64,000 bases of DNA from the human T2T-CHM13v2.0 reference genome, Homo sapiens, in the NCBI RefSeq assembly GCF_009914755.1, contig NC_060934.1; one strand, written 5' to 3'. Positions 12,999 to 27,480 of the stretch are shown one piece after another; within the stretch, counting starts at the first letter, position 1; every line of letters begins with the position of its first letter. The notes under the pieces were generated by a model. It was not told the DNA's origin and ran no database searches. It saw only the letters and a program-made list of their open reading frames with translations. The translations under genes were made by a program, and so were the position numbers.

Positions 12999-14467
12999 GG
13001 GTGCTCCATATTTTTATTTTTTTCTATCTGTATTGTATTTCACTGTTTTTATTTTTATAAAGAGTAATGATTCTTAAACTGAGACTCTGAATGTCTAGTT
13101 TTCCACAATATTTAAAAAGTCTGATATTCCAATATCAAAAAATCTAGATTGTTATTTGGTAATAACTTTATTTTGGTATGAAGACATTTTTAAAACATGG
13201 CTCTATGGAGAAAATAATTACCTCCTTGGTGCTAAAAATGTAAAGGATTATTTATACAGAGTATGCTGAATGCTTTAAAACAGAACTATTATTAGATTAT
13301 ACCTCCTCATATGTAGTCCCTGTATTTTAGTATTGTCACCATTTGTCTTGAATATTTTCATTAATAAAAACCTGTTATAACTGACTGAAATAAAGATAAT
13401 TTATATTTAGGTAGTCAAAACATTTAAAGAGTGGATTGCAATCTGCTATGGGGTCTCAAACATAGTTGTGCTTCTTCCTAAGTATCCATAGCCCCTTTTT
13501 GCTGTTTACGCTGATTCCCAAGAATAAGGACAAAACCCAGAAGTGCAGCTTTTTCAATTTCTTCTTCCTTTCAACTTATAGATAAGTTAATCAATGACCT
13601 CCCATTAGATCTGCCTCCAAGGGTATGGTACTATTGTCTTACTAAATGATGGAGATATGGAGAGCCTGAGAAGGGGGAGGGCAGGTGAAAAAGTTCTGGA
13701 GAATAAGAGAGGAACTGTGTGAAACATATGTGAGAGTGTCAGAGAGGGAAAGAGCAAAAGTGACTTTAAAGCAAAAAGAAAATCCTTGTTGGTTAAACGT
13801 TTACTGATTAGGAGATTAGGGAATGAAAAAATAAAAAACAAGAAAATCATGTGATATTTAAAAATCTTTGAAAGACTTTCCCTTCCCTTGGTGATTCACA
13901 TACTATCAGCTATCAGAGGTCAGCATGACGTAGGGATAATTGCTAGTAATTTGCTTGTGGTAATTAAGAAAGTTTAAAGAGATACTTCCAGATAAATCAA
14001 CAGCAAAGCATTAATGACAGGTTGGAAAGACTGGAGAGATCAGAGTCACACAGGAAACGCACAGTTTGTTATTATAGTTGTCCAGCCCACTTACCAAAGG
14101 AAATTATAAACTATGATTTTTTTTAATCTAAATCTAAAAACACAGTTAGAAGATGGGTTGTGCTGCAAAGATGACCTTTCTCTTGAGAAAAGGGGTAACT
14201 TGTAGTTCCTCATAATAGCTATAGTTTTAAATGTTATATGATTAAGTATCATTTGAGAAGCTTGTTTAAAAAGCAGACGCCTTAGTCTTTAGACCCTTGC
14301 AAATTTTATGATTCAATGACCTTGGGATGGTACCCATTTTTTGTTGATCTGTGTACCACAACTTTAAAAATACTTTTCTAGAATGAGGTTTCTCAATCTC
14401 AGAACTATTGACATTTTGGCCCAGATAGTTCTTTGTTGTGGGGAATTGGTTTGTGTATTGTAGGATG

Positions 14468-15333
<866 letters not shown>

Positions 15334-16257
15334 AAAGTTTAGCAGCACCATTGGCCTCTACCCACTAGATGCCAATAGCAGCCCTGACCCCAACTCCCTC
15401 AATTGTAACAGCTAAAAGTCTCTCCGTTCAGTGTCAAATACCCACGAGTGCATAATTGTTTCCAGTTGAGGATCTCAGAAAGTATAAGGAGTTTTAAGGC
15501 AGAGTCTGGTATTTCAGAAACACAAAATAAGAAATACAGAGCCTCAAGATGAAAAATAAAACTAAAATCTCAGATGATAAAATGAAAAATAAAATAGGCA
15601 GAAGAGTGGGTTGGGTTGGAGAAAAAAATTATGGTTCTACTGGAGCCAGATGGTGAATATGAAACTTTTCACACAGAAAATTATTTCCACAAGGACAGTT
15701 GTCTGTAATGTCACATAACAGCAATACTGAGAGGAATCATACCCAGGGTCGAGAATATAAAAATGCATTGCTGACCTCAAACTTCATCAGTATGCCTGAT
15801 GTGTTATCCCTTGTCTCTGCTTCCAAAGCCCCATAGATTAAACTAAATCCATTTATTCCTTCTTCCAATTTATAATTGTAATGTGGGAAATAATGATATG
15901 AAAGGAATCGGATATTAACTGTAGTAACATACTAGAATGTATGGTCCTTGGCAAGGGATTAGTTTATAAATTTTGTATCAGGCATTCTGATTCGGCAAAG
16001 TGTACTTTGGATAGGGTAAAAAAATTCAAAGGTACTTATTAATAGTTTCATATCAGTCTCCACATGTTGGTCTCTAATAATATATTAGAAAGCTCTGTTG
16101 TAGGACATGACCTTTTCAACATTTATCAATGAGATTAGTAAAGATGTAGAAGGTGCATTTATCACATTTTCCATAAATGAAAAATTTAAGGGATAGTGGT
16201 GACAGAATAAAAATATCCTAAGTAGGTATAAGAATGAAAGGAAATAATTAACGAAAT

Positions 16258-17710
16258 ATAGAGACAATTCACAGAATGGGAGAAAATCTTTGAAAACTAT
16301 CCATCTGACAAAGGCTTAATAACCAGAATATATTAGGAGCTCAAGCAATTCAATAGGAAAAAAATAGTCTAATTAAAAAATAGCAAAAGATCTCTAGACA
16401 TTTATCAAAAGAAGAGATACAAATAGCCAAAAACTATATGGAAAAAAAGCTCAACATTAATAATCATTAGAGAAATGCAAATCAGATTACAATGAGATAT
16501 CATCTCACCCCAGTTAAAATGGTTTTATCCCAACAAGAGGCAATAACTAATGCAGGAGAGGATGTGGTGAAAGGGGAACTCTCAAACACTGTTGGTGGGA
16601 ATGTAAGTTAGTACAACCACAACAGTATAAACGTCCCTCAAAAAAACTAAAAGTAAAATTACCATATGATCCAGCAATCCCACTTCTGGGTATATATCTG
16701 AAAAAAAGGAATCAACATGGTGAAGAGATACCTGCACTCCTATGCTTATTGTATGACTATTCGCAATGACCAAGATATGGAATCAACTGAATTGTCTATC
16801 AACAGATAAATCAATAAATAGCAGGTAGTACACATACACAAAAGAATATTATTCTTAAAATCCTTATTATTAAAATCCTGGCTGGGGACAGTGGCTCACG
16901 CCTGTATCCCAGCACTCGGGGAGACCAAGACAGGCGGATCACTTGAGGTCAGGAGTTCAAGACCAGCTTGGCCAACATGGTGAAATCCTGTCTCTACTAA
17001 AAATATAAAAACTAGCTGAGAGTGGTGGGGTGCACTTGTAATCCCTGCCACTTGGGATGCTGAAGCAGGGGAATCGCTTGGACCCAGGAGGGAGATGGCA
17101 AATGTTGCAGTGAGCCGAGACCATGTCACTGCACTCCAGCTCAGGTGACAGAGACTGAGACTCCATCTCAAAAACAAAACAAAACAAAAAAACAAACAAA
17201 CAAAATCCTTTGATTGGCAACAACGTGGATGGAACTGGAGGACATTATGTTAAGGGATGTAAGCCAGGCACCGTAAAACAAATGTGGCATGTTCTTATTC
17301 ACATGTGAAAGCTAAAAATAAAGAAGAAGAATAAAAGAAAGACTACTCTGGAGTAGAATTATTGTTACCAGAGGCTTGGAAGAGTAGCTGGTAGAGGGGG
17401 TAAAGATAGGATGGCTAGTGGGTACAAAAACACAGTTAGATAGCATGAATAAGATTTACTATTTGGTAGCACAATAATGTGATCATAGTTAACAAGAATC
17501 TATTATGTATTTTAAAATACTGAAAGAGTAGAATTGGAATTTTCTTAACACAAAGGAATGGTAAATGCTTGTGGTTCTGAATATCCCAATTACCCTAATT
17601 TAATTATTACATACTGTATGCCTGTATTAAAACATCACATGTGCCCAATAAATACATACAACAATTATGTAACCATAACAATTAACAACAACAACAACAA
17701 CAACAACAAA
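16258..17710 (+). mobile_element. L1MA (approx. L1MA3-5) 3' end with (AAC)n tail
   Basis: ACAGAATGGGAGAAAATCTTTG...ATCTGACAAAGG; 3' UTR TAACACAAAGGAATGGTAAATGCTTG...CCCAATTACCCT. Confidence 0.9.
16880..17201 (+). mobile_element. AluS (Sx-like) inserted in L1MA
   Basis: Dimeric Alu; TSD AAAATCCT 16872-16879 / 17202-17209. Confidence 0.94.
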
Positions 17711-18126
17711 GAATTTACTACAATGAGGACATTTGGAGTAACCTGCTGTCGGACCAAGGATCTAGTAATGAGGATATAGGATAGTGAATTCTGGTTCTGT
17801 ACATGGAACATGTATAAACAAGATGTAAGGGTTCCATTGAAATAAAACAATGCATTTTAACAGCATAGTGGAAATACAAAAATGCCAGTGTATTTTTAGT
17901 TGCATTAATCAATGTATACATAACAGATACAAAAGGTTTTTCTATGCTGCATTGGTTAGATCCCATCAAGAGTTTTATAAATAGTTTCAGGACACATAAG
18001 AAAAATAACATTGAGAAATTAGAACACACCCAGGACTCTATAAATAAAATGATAAACTGTTTTGAAGCCATCTTACAGAGGGACTGATTGACAGTCCAGA
18101 CTATAAAATAGCAAATCGGATCTTAC

Positions 18127-18340
18127 CAGCTTTTAGTTAATAATTGGCCACTCGAGTCTAATTTTAAATAAAAATTTATGAAAAACACTTGAGTACATGG
18201 AAAGGTGTATAAAGAGAAATCAGTATTAAGCCAAGTATAATCTAACTTTATTGTTTTCTTTAGTCCACTTTGACTAAGGAGGGAGCTTGCTCCACCAATG
18301 AAATCTTACCTGGAAACATTAAACAAAGAAAAAAAAAACC
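18127..18340 (-). promoter_or_regulatory. Candidate recursive splice site (polyY-CAG|GTAAGA at 18310/18309) with a putative 183-nt RS-exon
   Basis: Minus strand reads T-run-CTTTGTTTAATGTTTCCAG|GTAAGA; second donor CTG|GTAAGA at 18127/18126. Motif evidence only. Confidence 0.35.
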
Positions 18341-18699
18341 CACAAATAGTTGTTTTTTGAAAGAGAAAGATAAAGAGACTGTCGTATCTTATCTACACAA
18401 TTCTGTAGAGCATTATACAAAAGTAACTCTCATTAATTGAATTGTATATTTTTAAATTTCCATTTAGTATTAAGAAGTTAATATTTAAATAGAAAAAAGT
18501 ATAGATTCTACAAAATATACATATAGACACCCATGTATAGACACACATACATATATATAGTACCAATATACTTTATGTAAAATATAATCTGTATAATTGT
18601 ATATATATAAAATACATACACATACTAATGTAATATATACATATATTACATTTCATATATCTTATATATGGTATTTTTACATTTATTATGGTCACCATA

Positions 18700-18823
18700 A
18701 GAGCACATAACCTGGTTTACATGGAACAATGTTGGTTTATACCTGTAGCACTGGAGTGATTGTTGCAGCATCTCCTACACCCAAAATTATCCTGGTATAA
18801 ATGATAAAGTATATGGTTTTCTT
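18700..18823 (-). mobile_element. MER94 (hAT-Blackjack)
   Basis: CCTGGTTT...GGTTTATACCTGT...CAAAA...TCCTGGT...TGATAAAGTATATGGT. Confidence 0.7.
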
Positions 18824-19834
18824 ATGATGGGAAGTTAATCATCTCATACTAGACTACTCAGTGTGCATTTGTTATGTTTCAGGGAATATGCCACAATCAC
18901 ATAAAACTTCACGTATCTGCATGGATTACTGCCTTTGAGAATTTTTTTAATTATGGAAATCAGCAATATAATATATTCGTGTACAACAAATATCTTATTT
19001 TTAGTAATCTTCTTTCCAAGAAATAATATTATTAACTTAATAAATAACTAAAGCAGATCAGAAAATCAAGAATCTTTTCTCTCAATATAAAAATAAGAGT
19101 GAAAATATTTTATATTTTATTAATGATAGCATGAAGTATGATAATGAATCTATGAGATTTTGTAATATTTCAGCCAAATGAGTTTTATGTAACAAACATT
19201 TATACTTCTCAAGATTAAAGAAATTTAATGGATTTATTGTGCCTAATAATTAAAGGCTGATTTGATAAGCTCAGTGACTTATTCATTTAGAATACATCTT
19301 ACGATTCACATTCTTATAGACTATAATTTGTCAAAATACCCCAGGATTCCAAAATTTACACAATTTGAAATCTCATTTTCTTTTATTTTGTTTTCTTTTT
19401 CACTCTGGTAGGACCTTTAAAGCTTTTCATTCACCTTCAATTTTTTAAATCACATCAAAGCTCTTAGTAGTAAATTTAATTAGCCAAATAGTGGAGATTA
19501 ATTGCTTAAATAATACATGTCAAGATATAATACCCTTGGTACAAAATCAAGCTCTTACACATTATATTTAAAAGCCCTTTCTTTCACATTTAAAGGCTAC
19601 TATAATTCCCTACGGTACCTATCAACAATAGATTCATCTATATACACATTTATCCTATGTAAAATTAATTTTAAAAACACATAAGCAATAGAAATAATAT
19701 CATTTATGAAAAAAGTCTTTACCTATAATATTTTTGAAAGTAAGTAACTATCATACTCAATGACAAATTGGAATGTTATAAAATGGGAGAATTTAACAAG
19801 AATTTGATTTTTAAGCTAATGATAGTAATAAAAG

Positions 19835-19965
19835 TATTTATTCAGTAATTGCCAATTTAATCAATAATTATTCTAAATGCTTTGCATGTATCAACTTTGT
19901 ATCAATTTCCAAACCCATCTTATGAGGTAGACACTATTATTTTTTCTCATATTCTAGATTAGCAA
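19835..19965 (-). mobile_element. MIR fragment
   Basis: TTCTAAATGCTTTGCATGTAT...CTTATGAGGTAG..ACTATTAT. Confidence 0.7.
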
Positions 19966-19967
19966 CC

Positions 19968-20152
19968 TTTTTTTTTTTTTTGAGACAGAGTCTCTCCCTG
20001 TCGCCTGACTGGAGTGCACTGACGCGATCTTGGCTTACTCCAACCACCCGCTCCCGGGTTCAAGTGATTCTCTAGCCTCAGCCTCCCGAGTAGCTGGGAC
20101 TACAGGCATGCGCCACCACGCCCAGCTAATTTTTTTTGTATATACATACATA

Positions 20153-20218
<66 letters not shown>

Positions 20219-20331
20219 TAGAGATGGGGTTTCACCATGTTGCCCAGGATGGTATCCATCTGACCTTGTGATCTGCCCACCTCAGCCAGCCTAAGAGCTG
20301 GGATCACAGGCAGGAGCCACCCTTCCCGGAC
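19968..20331 (-). mobile_element. AluS with expanded central linker ((TA)n plus long poly-T)
   Basis: Both Alu arms present; linker 20130-20216 expanded. Confidence 0.93.
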
Positions 20332-20829
20332 ACAACTTTTTTTTTAATTGATCAAGTTTTGGATTATCAATTAGATTTGAACAGGATTAGAGCACTAGTA
20401 GAACAGATATTAACATCAGCCAGGTCAAAAAATTAATATTTCCAAGAAAATCAATCTTTTCATTTTATTTGAATATGTATATTGTTAATGGCAAAAATAA
20501 AATTTTATTTTCCCTGAATCAATTTTTTTAATATTTCTTTTTAGTAGCATTGTTTCTATTTTTCCTTTGTTTTGTGAATGACCTACAAGATTATACCCAT
20601 TTTTTCAAATTTCTTTAGATCAATTATAGGATTAATACAATTGGGAAATCATTATTTGAATCTTATGATTAAACTGTACATTATATTAAAGCACATACAA
20701 TGTTATAAAGCATTTAATTTAAAAGTAGTTTATATAATTTGTTTTATCTGTCTTTTCTAATATTCTAGAAATTGGAGAAATTATATTAGGTCATAGAATT
20801 GTGCATAGTAATATTAATTTGTGTTTGTT

Positions 20830-20991
20830 TTACTTTTTATTATTTATTTATTTATTTTTTAGTTTTTAAATTTTTTAAAAGGTGGGGTCTTGCTGTGTTT
20901 CCCAGGCTGGCCTCAAACTCCTGGGCTCAAGCAATCCTCCTGTTTCAGCCTCCAAAGTAGTTGGGACTACAGATGTGAATCATTGTGCCTG
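20830..20991 (-). mobile_element. FLAM (Alu monomer)
   Basis: GGGGTCTTGCTGTGTTTCCCAGGCTGGCCTCAAACTCCTGGGCTCAAGCAATCCTCC; single arm with T-rich tail. Confidence 0.88.
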
Positions 20992-22149
20992 TGGTTGTTT
21001 TAAATAGATAACCAGGCTTTTAATTTCTTGTCACACTGATTTTGGCAGGACTAAAATTAGAAGCAGCCTCTCTCCTGGTCTTAAAATATGATGGACTCCT
21101 TAACAAAATTCTCCCAGTGTCTCACAGACTCTTCTTTAAGGGAGATGAAAAGTACCTCTGAGAAGAAATAAGCTGAGGAGGGCACATTTCTGGAGACTAG
21201 AGAGACAGAAAAGGTGGTATTTTGTTTTATAAGCATCAGGGACTTGAGTTTTGTCTGTTCTCCAGAAGGACCTGAGAGTGTAAGGGCTGTGAGCTGTTTC
21301 TAGGAAGCCTGAGTCCTTGCAGTATGATGGATCTCATAACCAAATTTCCTATACTCCAAATTTGGAATGGGAAAACCAAATGCATAGAGGCATAAGGGAC
21401 CATGCAGGACACAACAAAGTGCTTTTCAACAGAAACCAATATGGGTCTCTGAACAAAAGGACCTGACAAAGTATCTTCCTGGACTTATGCACAATTTTAG
21501 CAGGCCAAGTTGGGTGGGAGTGAGTAGAACATTTAATGACTAGATATGAGTTTATAGCCAGCTTGAAAGGAGAAATTCTTGAAGGCAGAATCAGGTAATT
21601 TACCAAACTAAGGAATTAAAAGATGTTTTCAGTTGTGTCAGAGTGAAATGCATGCTGTCTACAATTGTGAAAAACAGAGATATATGTATGCTATCAAAAA
21701 CAAAAACCAACTTTTATTCTAGAGTTAATTGATGGTATGACCTGGAATTGAAATGGTAACATCATTAGAGATGGCCTTTACCTCCTTGTACTTTTCTCCA
21801 TCTGTTCTATTCTCTGCCCTCTACCAAATATCTTTCTCTCTTTACTCAGGCTTCTTTTTTCTCTGATCTATTATCTTTTCACATGTCACCTCTTCTTACC
21901 TTATTTATATCATAATCTTCCTTTTCCCCCCCAATATAACTGGCAAGATTCCTGTAGTTAACAATTCAAATATCTGAAAAAGAGATTCTAATTGATTCAG
22001 CCCATCTTGAAAAAAAAAAATCACATGCCTAAGGTCTTGGGTCACTAAATAATATGTGTATTGACTGGTGGTGTAGCTTGTATCCAACTCTGATCAATTG
22101 GTATTAGCTGAGGGTGGAAGTAAATGATTTACATGGTTTGAACTTTTAT

Positions 22150-23260
22150 TAACTTATTCAAACAAGGAAACAAATAACTATTGAACACATATTACGTGCC
22201 AGGCATGTTCTATGCACAGTCAATAAAATAGTTAGAAAAACAGAAAAAAACTCAATGCCTTCAAAAAGCTTACATGGTAAATTTTAAAATAACCACATTT
22301 AATATGTTAAATATATTGAATGATATTTGGCGGAGGTTGCAGAGAAAAATAAAGCATAATAGGTGATAAAGAGGAGGTGTTATAATTTTAGGTAGGGTGA
22401 ATGAGGAGATATTTATTGGAGAGGTAGTATTTGAATACACAATTTAAGGAAGTGAGCAAACAAGTCATAGAGATACCAGGCAGAAAAGCCTTACAGGAAG
22501 AATGAGATGAAATATATATGTATTCAGATGGAAGTGTGCTTGGCAATATTCAAGGAATATTAAGAAGTCCACTGTGGCTGCAATGGGGTGAGCCTGGAAG
22601 AAATGATAGGAGTATATGTTTTGTAAATCATTGTGATTATCTTGGCTTTTAATCAGAGTTATATAGATAGCCGTTAGAAAATTTCCATCTGAGGATACAC
22701 ACATTTGGATTTTGGTTTGAAGAGATTTCTATTCTAGCTACTATTTTATGAATAAAATTCATGGGGTTCAGGGGAAAGCAGAGAGATAAATTAGGAGTTT
22801 ATTGCAGTAATTTAAAGCAGAGATGACAGTGACTAGGACCAGAACAATGAGAAGGGGTCAAACACACTTTGAAGTTAAAATCAAAACTTTTCACTAACAG
22901 ATTTTACATGATGTGGGAATAAAAGAAGACAGTCAAAGATTATCCAAAAGAGACTGTTGGTCCACGCAACTAGTAGGAGGGAATAGCTGTAAACTGAGGT
23001 GGGAAAGACTTGACAGAAGCAGCTTTAGAGGAAAAATAATCAGAAGCTCAGTTTGGGTCAGATTATGTTTGAGATATTCAACCAGAGATGGCTAATAGGC
23101 AGTTGATTATAGACTTCAAGGAATAGGTCCACGCTTGAAAAACAAATTTAGGAGTAATTACTGTATGGATTGGATTTACGGTTCTGTGACTGAAAGACAC
23201 AATCAAGGGAATTCATATGCACTAAAGAAAAAAGGTCCAAGGATTGCACTCTGGGTCTGC
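22150..23260 (-). mobile_element. L2 (L2a-like) 3' region
   Basis: TATTGAACACATATTACGTGCCAGGCATGTTCTA...GGAGTTATTGCAGTAAT...GTCCAAGGATTGCACTCTGGG. Confidence 0.85.
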
Positions 23261-23526
23261 CAGAGCAGAGAGGATAACACTATAAAGTTGTACTTAGAAA
23301 GCAGTAAGTAACATAATGCTACGTATTACAATAGTATTTTATCGACCCTCTTTATCTTCCTTTTGAAGGATTTTGCATAAATGTTTTCTGGGTCATGATC
23401 TAGGTCAAGCAAAAAAATCTCAGAATAGAGATTATTTAAGAAGTCTCTTACTATATCTCTATATCTCTCTGTTTCTTTGTATTAAAATCTCTCAAATATA
23501 CTATGTCCTAAAAGTGTGTGTGTGTG

Positions 23527-23558
<32 letters not shown>

Positions 23559-25318
23559 GTCAGAATTATAGTTATATTGATACTTATTTTTGATTAAAAA
23601 AGTTGTCTTTTAATCAACATTTTCAGGAAAATTCTATTTGCTAGCCATGACATAATTTAAAATATACCGAAAGCCAGTATACCCATTCATGGTGATGACT
23701 GGTGCATTCCTGTCTAAAAACAAGGAGTATATCTCAGTGTTTGAGGATGCTATATATCACCTCAAGGCTCTCAAAGTGCCATCCATCATCATGTTGTATA
23801 AAATGAAAGGTGAACCACTTTACTGTGAGAATAACTATATAGCACCACTTCAAAGCCCTAAGCCAGAGTTGAACTATGGCAATTCCTCCACCCTCTTGTC
23901 GGTCCTGTACTCTATAAATCAGACCTATATGATTGCTGAAAACATCAGCTAAAATTTACAGTAGTTTAAAAACTCAAGGATAGAAAAATCAAATTTTTTC
24001 AATTCTCATTTTATTTGCAATGGTACACTGTCCCTGATACTACTATTTTCTTGTGTTGTGTGATACTTTTTACTCTTGTTTTGAAGATCTTCATGTTTTG
24101 TATAACAACTTATTTTGCCTTCATAAGATGTTTTATTATTTGTAATATTCTTATACACTCTACTGAATAAATTTCCAAATTTTTGAGAGGATTTTTTTCA
24201 AGTTATACATATATGTAAGTCAAAGAAATTACATTTAGTTTTGTTATTAGTAACAGTAATATGATAAATAGTTTATAATGGTGTTTGCCCTGTTTATTGT
24301 GGATATTAACAGTCATTAGATTACTCACCATAATTAACCTATGAACAAACACTGGTAAGTAAGGATGGTATATAAAATAAGATGTAAGACTATTTCAAAA
24401 AAAACTCTAACAACACGCAGAATAGAATTGTGATGCCATACTCACAAACCTTAGCTAAACTAACAAATAACCTGCTATTTTTTGACACATGTAACACTAC
24501 ACAATAGCTCATTTGTCATTTCTAACCCACACAAATAAAACATATAAATACTTATATGGAAGAGGTAACAAATAGTCTTGATCAAAGAGCTAAACAGTTA
24601 TAGATATTTAAAAAGTATCAAAGAAAAATGAACAAATCTGTTGGTCTCAAATATAGAAGTGTTGCATGTGTACACATTGCAATGAAGAAGACACTCTTTT
24701 TATCCAAAATTATGTCTGAATCTTTCTCCTACAATCAGAAATTCTATGTGGTCAGGAATATGGAAGTAGGAATGTAGCTTTATAATTGATCTTGATTTTC
24801 TTTGGAGGATCAGCTTTCCCTTAATTCTTATAATATACTCTGATTTTAATTTGGGGTTTATATGGATCCAGCAAAATTTATCATAGAATGAAACCTCCTT
24901 TAGATACATAAATTCCATTGAATGATCCAATGTCGAGCATGTTTTCAAACTGAAAACATTGAATCTCTGGACCTTTGCAGTGAATGCAAAAAGCAAAACA
25001 AACAAACGAATTACCCCACGCATTTTGGAATCATGCAATATGCGTTAAACTAAGCCCAGGTTATTCCTATCTTTGGACTTTTTTTTTTTTTTGCTCTACA
25101 ATGAGAGGTTAATATATTAGTTTAAGATAGTCTAAATAGAGTATTATTTCTTGCAGACAGGAGCATTTTGACTGATGTAGGTCCACCTTGGCTGCTCACG
25201 GTTCCTGTGAGATGAAAGTTCAAGTGATTGAGAGCAGAGAATCCAGGAGAAGTTGGGATATTAGAGATATAGTCAGTACAGGTTACTATAAATTAGGAGG
25301 GTAAAAAGATTAAAGTGA

Positions 25319-25632
25319 GTTGGGCGCGGTGACTCACACATGTAATCCCAGCACTTTGGGGGGCTGAGGTGGGAGGATCACTTGGCTCAGGAGTTCAAGA
25401 CCAGACTGGGCAACATGGCAAAACCCCATCTCTACAAAAAATAAAAAAAATTAGCCAGGCGTGGTGGCACATACCTGTAGTCCCAGCTACTTGGGAGGCT
25501 GTGCTGGGAGGATTGCTTGAACCTAGGAGCTGGAGGTTGTAGTGAGATGAGATCGTGCAACTGCACTCCAGCCTGGGAAATAGAGGGAGACTGGCAAATA
25601 AAAAATAAATAAATAAAAAATTTAAGAAAAAG
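25319..25632 (+). mobile_element. AluJ
   Basis: GGGAGGATCACTTG...GGGCAACATGGCAAAACCCC, GGAGGATTGCTTGA; A-rich tail. Confidence 0.93.
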
Positions 25633-26539
25633 AGTATAGTGGAAGTTTTTTTACATAAAGGGGAAGGCAGTTTACTTAAATGCAAAGCTATAAAATATGC
25701 TGAGGTAATCCTTAGGAAGTCAAGAGCTAGTGAACTGTTGGTTTTTACTTCAAACAGAAATAATTAACCTAAGCTAATATAGTTATTAACATTAAAGCCT
25801 CCTGAAACACATAAATAAGTACAATAAAACTAATTATCAATGGCTTAAGCAACCATAAATTATACACACACAAATAAATACATACTATTTTTCATTGTAT
25901 ATTTAATTCTTTTTAGGACAAAAATTAGTGGTTTAGTTCTACACATGTACTTCAGCAATAGGAGGCAGTCATTTCTATTTCATGTAAATTAATTACCCTA
26001 GGGCATTGAGAATGCTCCCAGGGTTGCATTGTTATAAATAATAGCTTCATTGAAAACACATTTAACCTGAATCTGATTATTTCATTGGTGAATTTCTACA
26101 CATGAAATTGAAGGGTCAAAGTCTTTGTTTTATATATTTTAAACAAAATTATTTAAGTCTGTGCCCACAGGTCAACTAGAGAGCTGCCTGGGCAGGAGTC
26201 ATTATAGAAATAATTGTTTAATACATGTTTTGCAATTTGAAAATCAAAATGTTATATTTCTTTTTATTTTTATTTGATTCTCATCAGCTAAAACTTGAAC
26301 CTTTTATTTATAATATTATAATTTCTTATATCATACAATTGAATTGTAAGCCTAAGTCAAAACAAGGTCTTTGAAGTCTGCTTGGAATTTTTGATAATGT
26401 AGGGCAATTATTACAAATAATACAAAAATTTCCATGAGTATTTTTAAAAATTTTAATCACACAAGGAATACTTGGGCCCACATGCTGTACTAGAAGACCT
26501 AGTTATATATCTGCCTCTGTCATTGTCCCATGCTTCCCT

Positions 26540-26721
26540 TTCCAATATTATAGACATTTAGCTATTTAAATTTAATTCAATTTAAAAAATACAAAATATA
26601 ATTCCTCAATTTCACAAGCCACATTTCAAAGGTTGAATAGACTCTTTTGTCTAGTGGCTACTATATGAATACACATATAGAATATTTGCATCATTGAAGA
26701 AAAATATATTGGAGAGTGTTG
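26540..26721 (-). mobile_element. MER3 (hAT-Charlie)
   Basis: GCTATTTAAATTTAA...AGCCACATTTCAA...CTAGTGGCTAC...TATTGGAGAGTGTTG. Confidence 0.85.
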
Positions 26722-26779
26722 GTCCTGTTACGTGTGTTTGAAATAACACACAAATTCCATTCCTTTTTCCTGTGCTTTC

Positions 26780-27480
26780 TTTCATTCATTCCAACAATAA
26801 TAACAATAATAACGAGGCCCTAATGCTTGCTGGAGACAAGAATTTGGTAATGAACAAACAAACCCCTGGCTTTGTGAAGAAAACAAACCCCTGCTCACAT
26901 ATATGGAAGGGAAGTAAATAAGTAAACACACAAACATAGTGTTTTATAGTAAGAAATACATTAAAGATACTAAAATTTAGAAAGTTGTATTAGTTAAGCT
27001 TGTCTGTGAAATATAAGAAGACTATCTTGGTAGAGACTTAAATGAAGAGAAGGAAAATAAAAACTTTAAGGATGTCTGTAAATGAAACATTCCCTGTGGA
27101 GGGAATAGTGCAAATGTGCTGAGACAGGGTTTTTCTTACTGTGGGTCAAGGAAGAACAATAATCCCAGTGTAACTGAAAGGAAAGAATGGTATCAAGGGC
27201 CAGATTACCTCCATGCTGCATCTTTGAAGTCCTTTAAAGGATTTTGGATTATACAATGAAATAAGAGAGAAAGCCATTGGAAACTTCCAAGCAAGAGGTG
27301 AGTAATTTCCTTATTAATGGCATCATTCTGTCTGTCTTGTGGAGAACAAAACATTGTGGACATGAGCAGGAATGGAAACAAAGCTACCAGAGAGATGACT
27401 GGGCAGGAGTCTAGGTGACAGATTGCATGGACTTGATCAATCTGGCAACAATGGAAGTGAGGAGAACTATTGGGTCTATT
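26780..27480 (-). mobile_element. L2 3' fragment
   Basis: Starts TTCATTCATTCCAAC; L2-like GAGACTTAAATGAAGAGAAGGA, AAGCCATTGGAA. Confidence 0.7.

Noticed and set aside
21800-22120. Possible old MLT1K/L-like LTR on the minus strand
   Set aside because: Similarity too weak to annotate by eye; counted only as doubtful in the strand tally.
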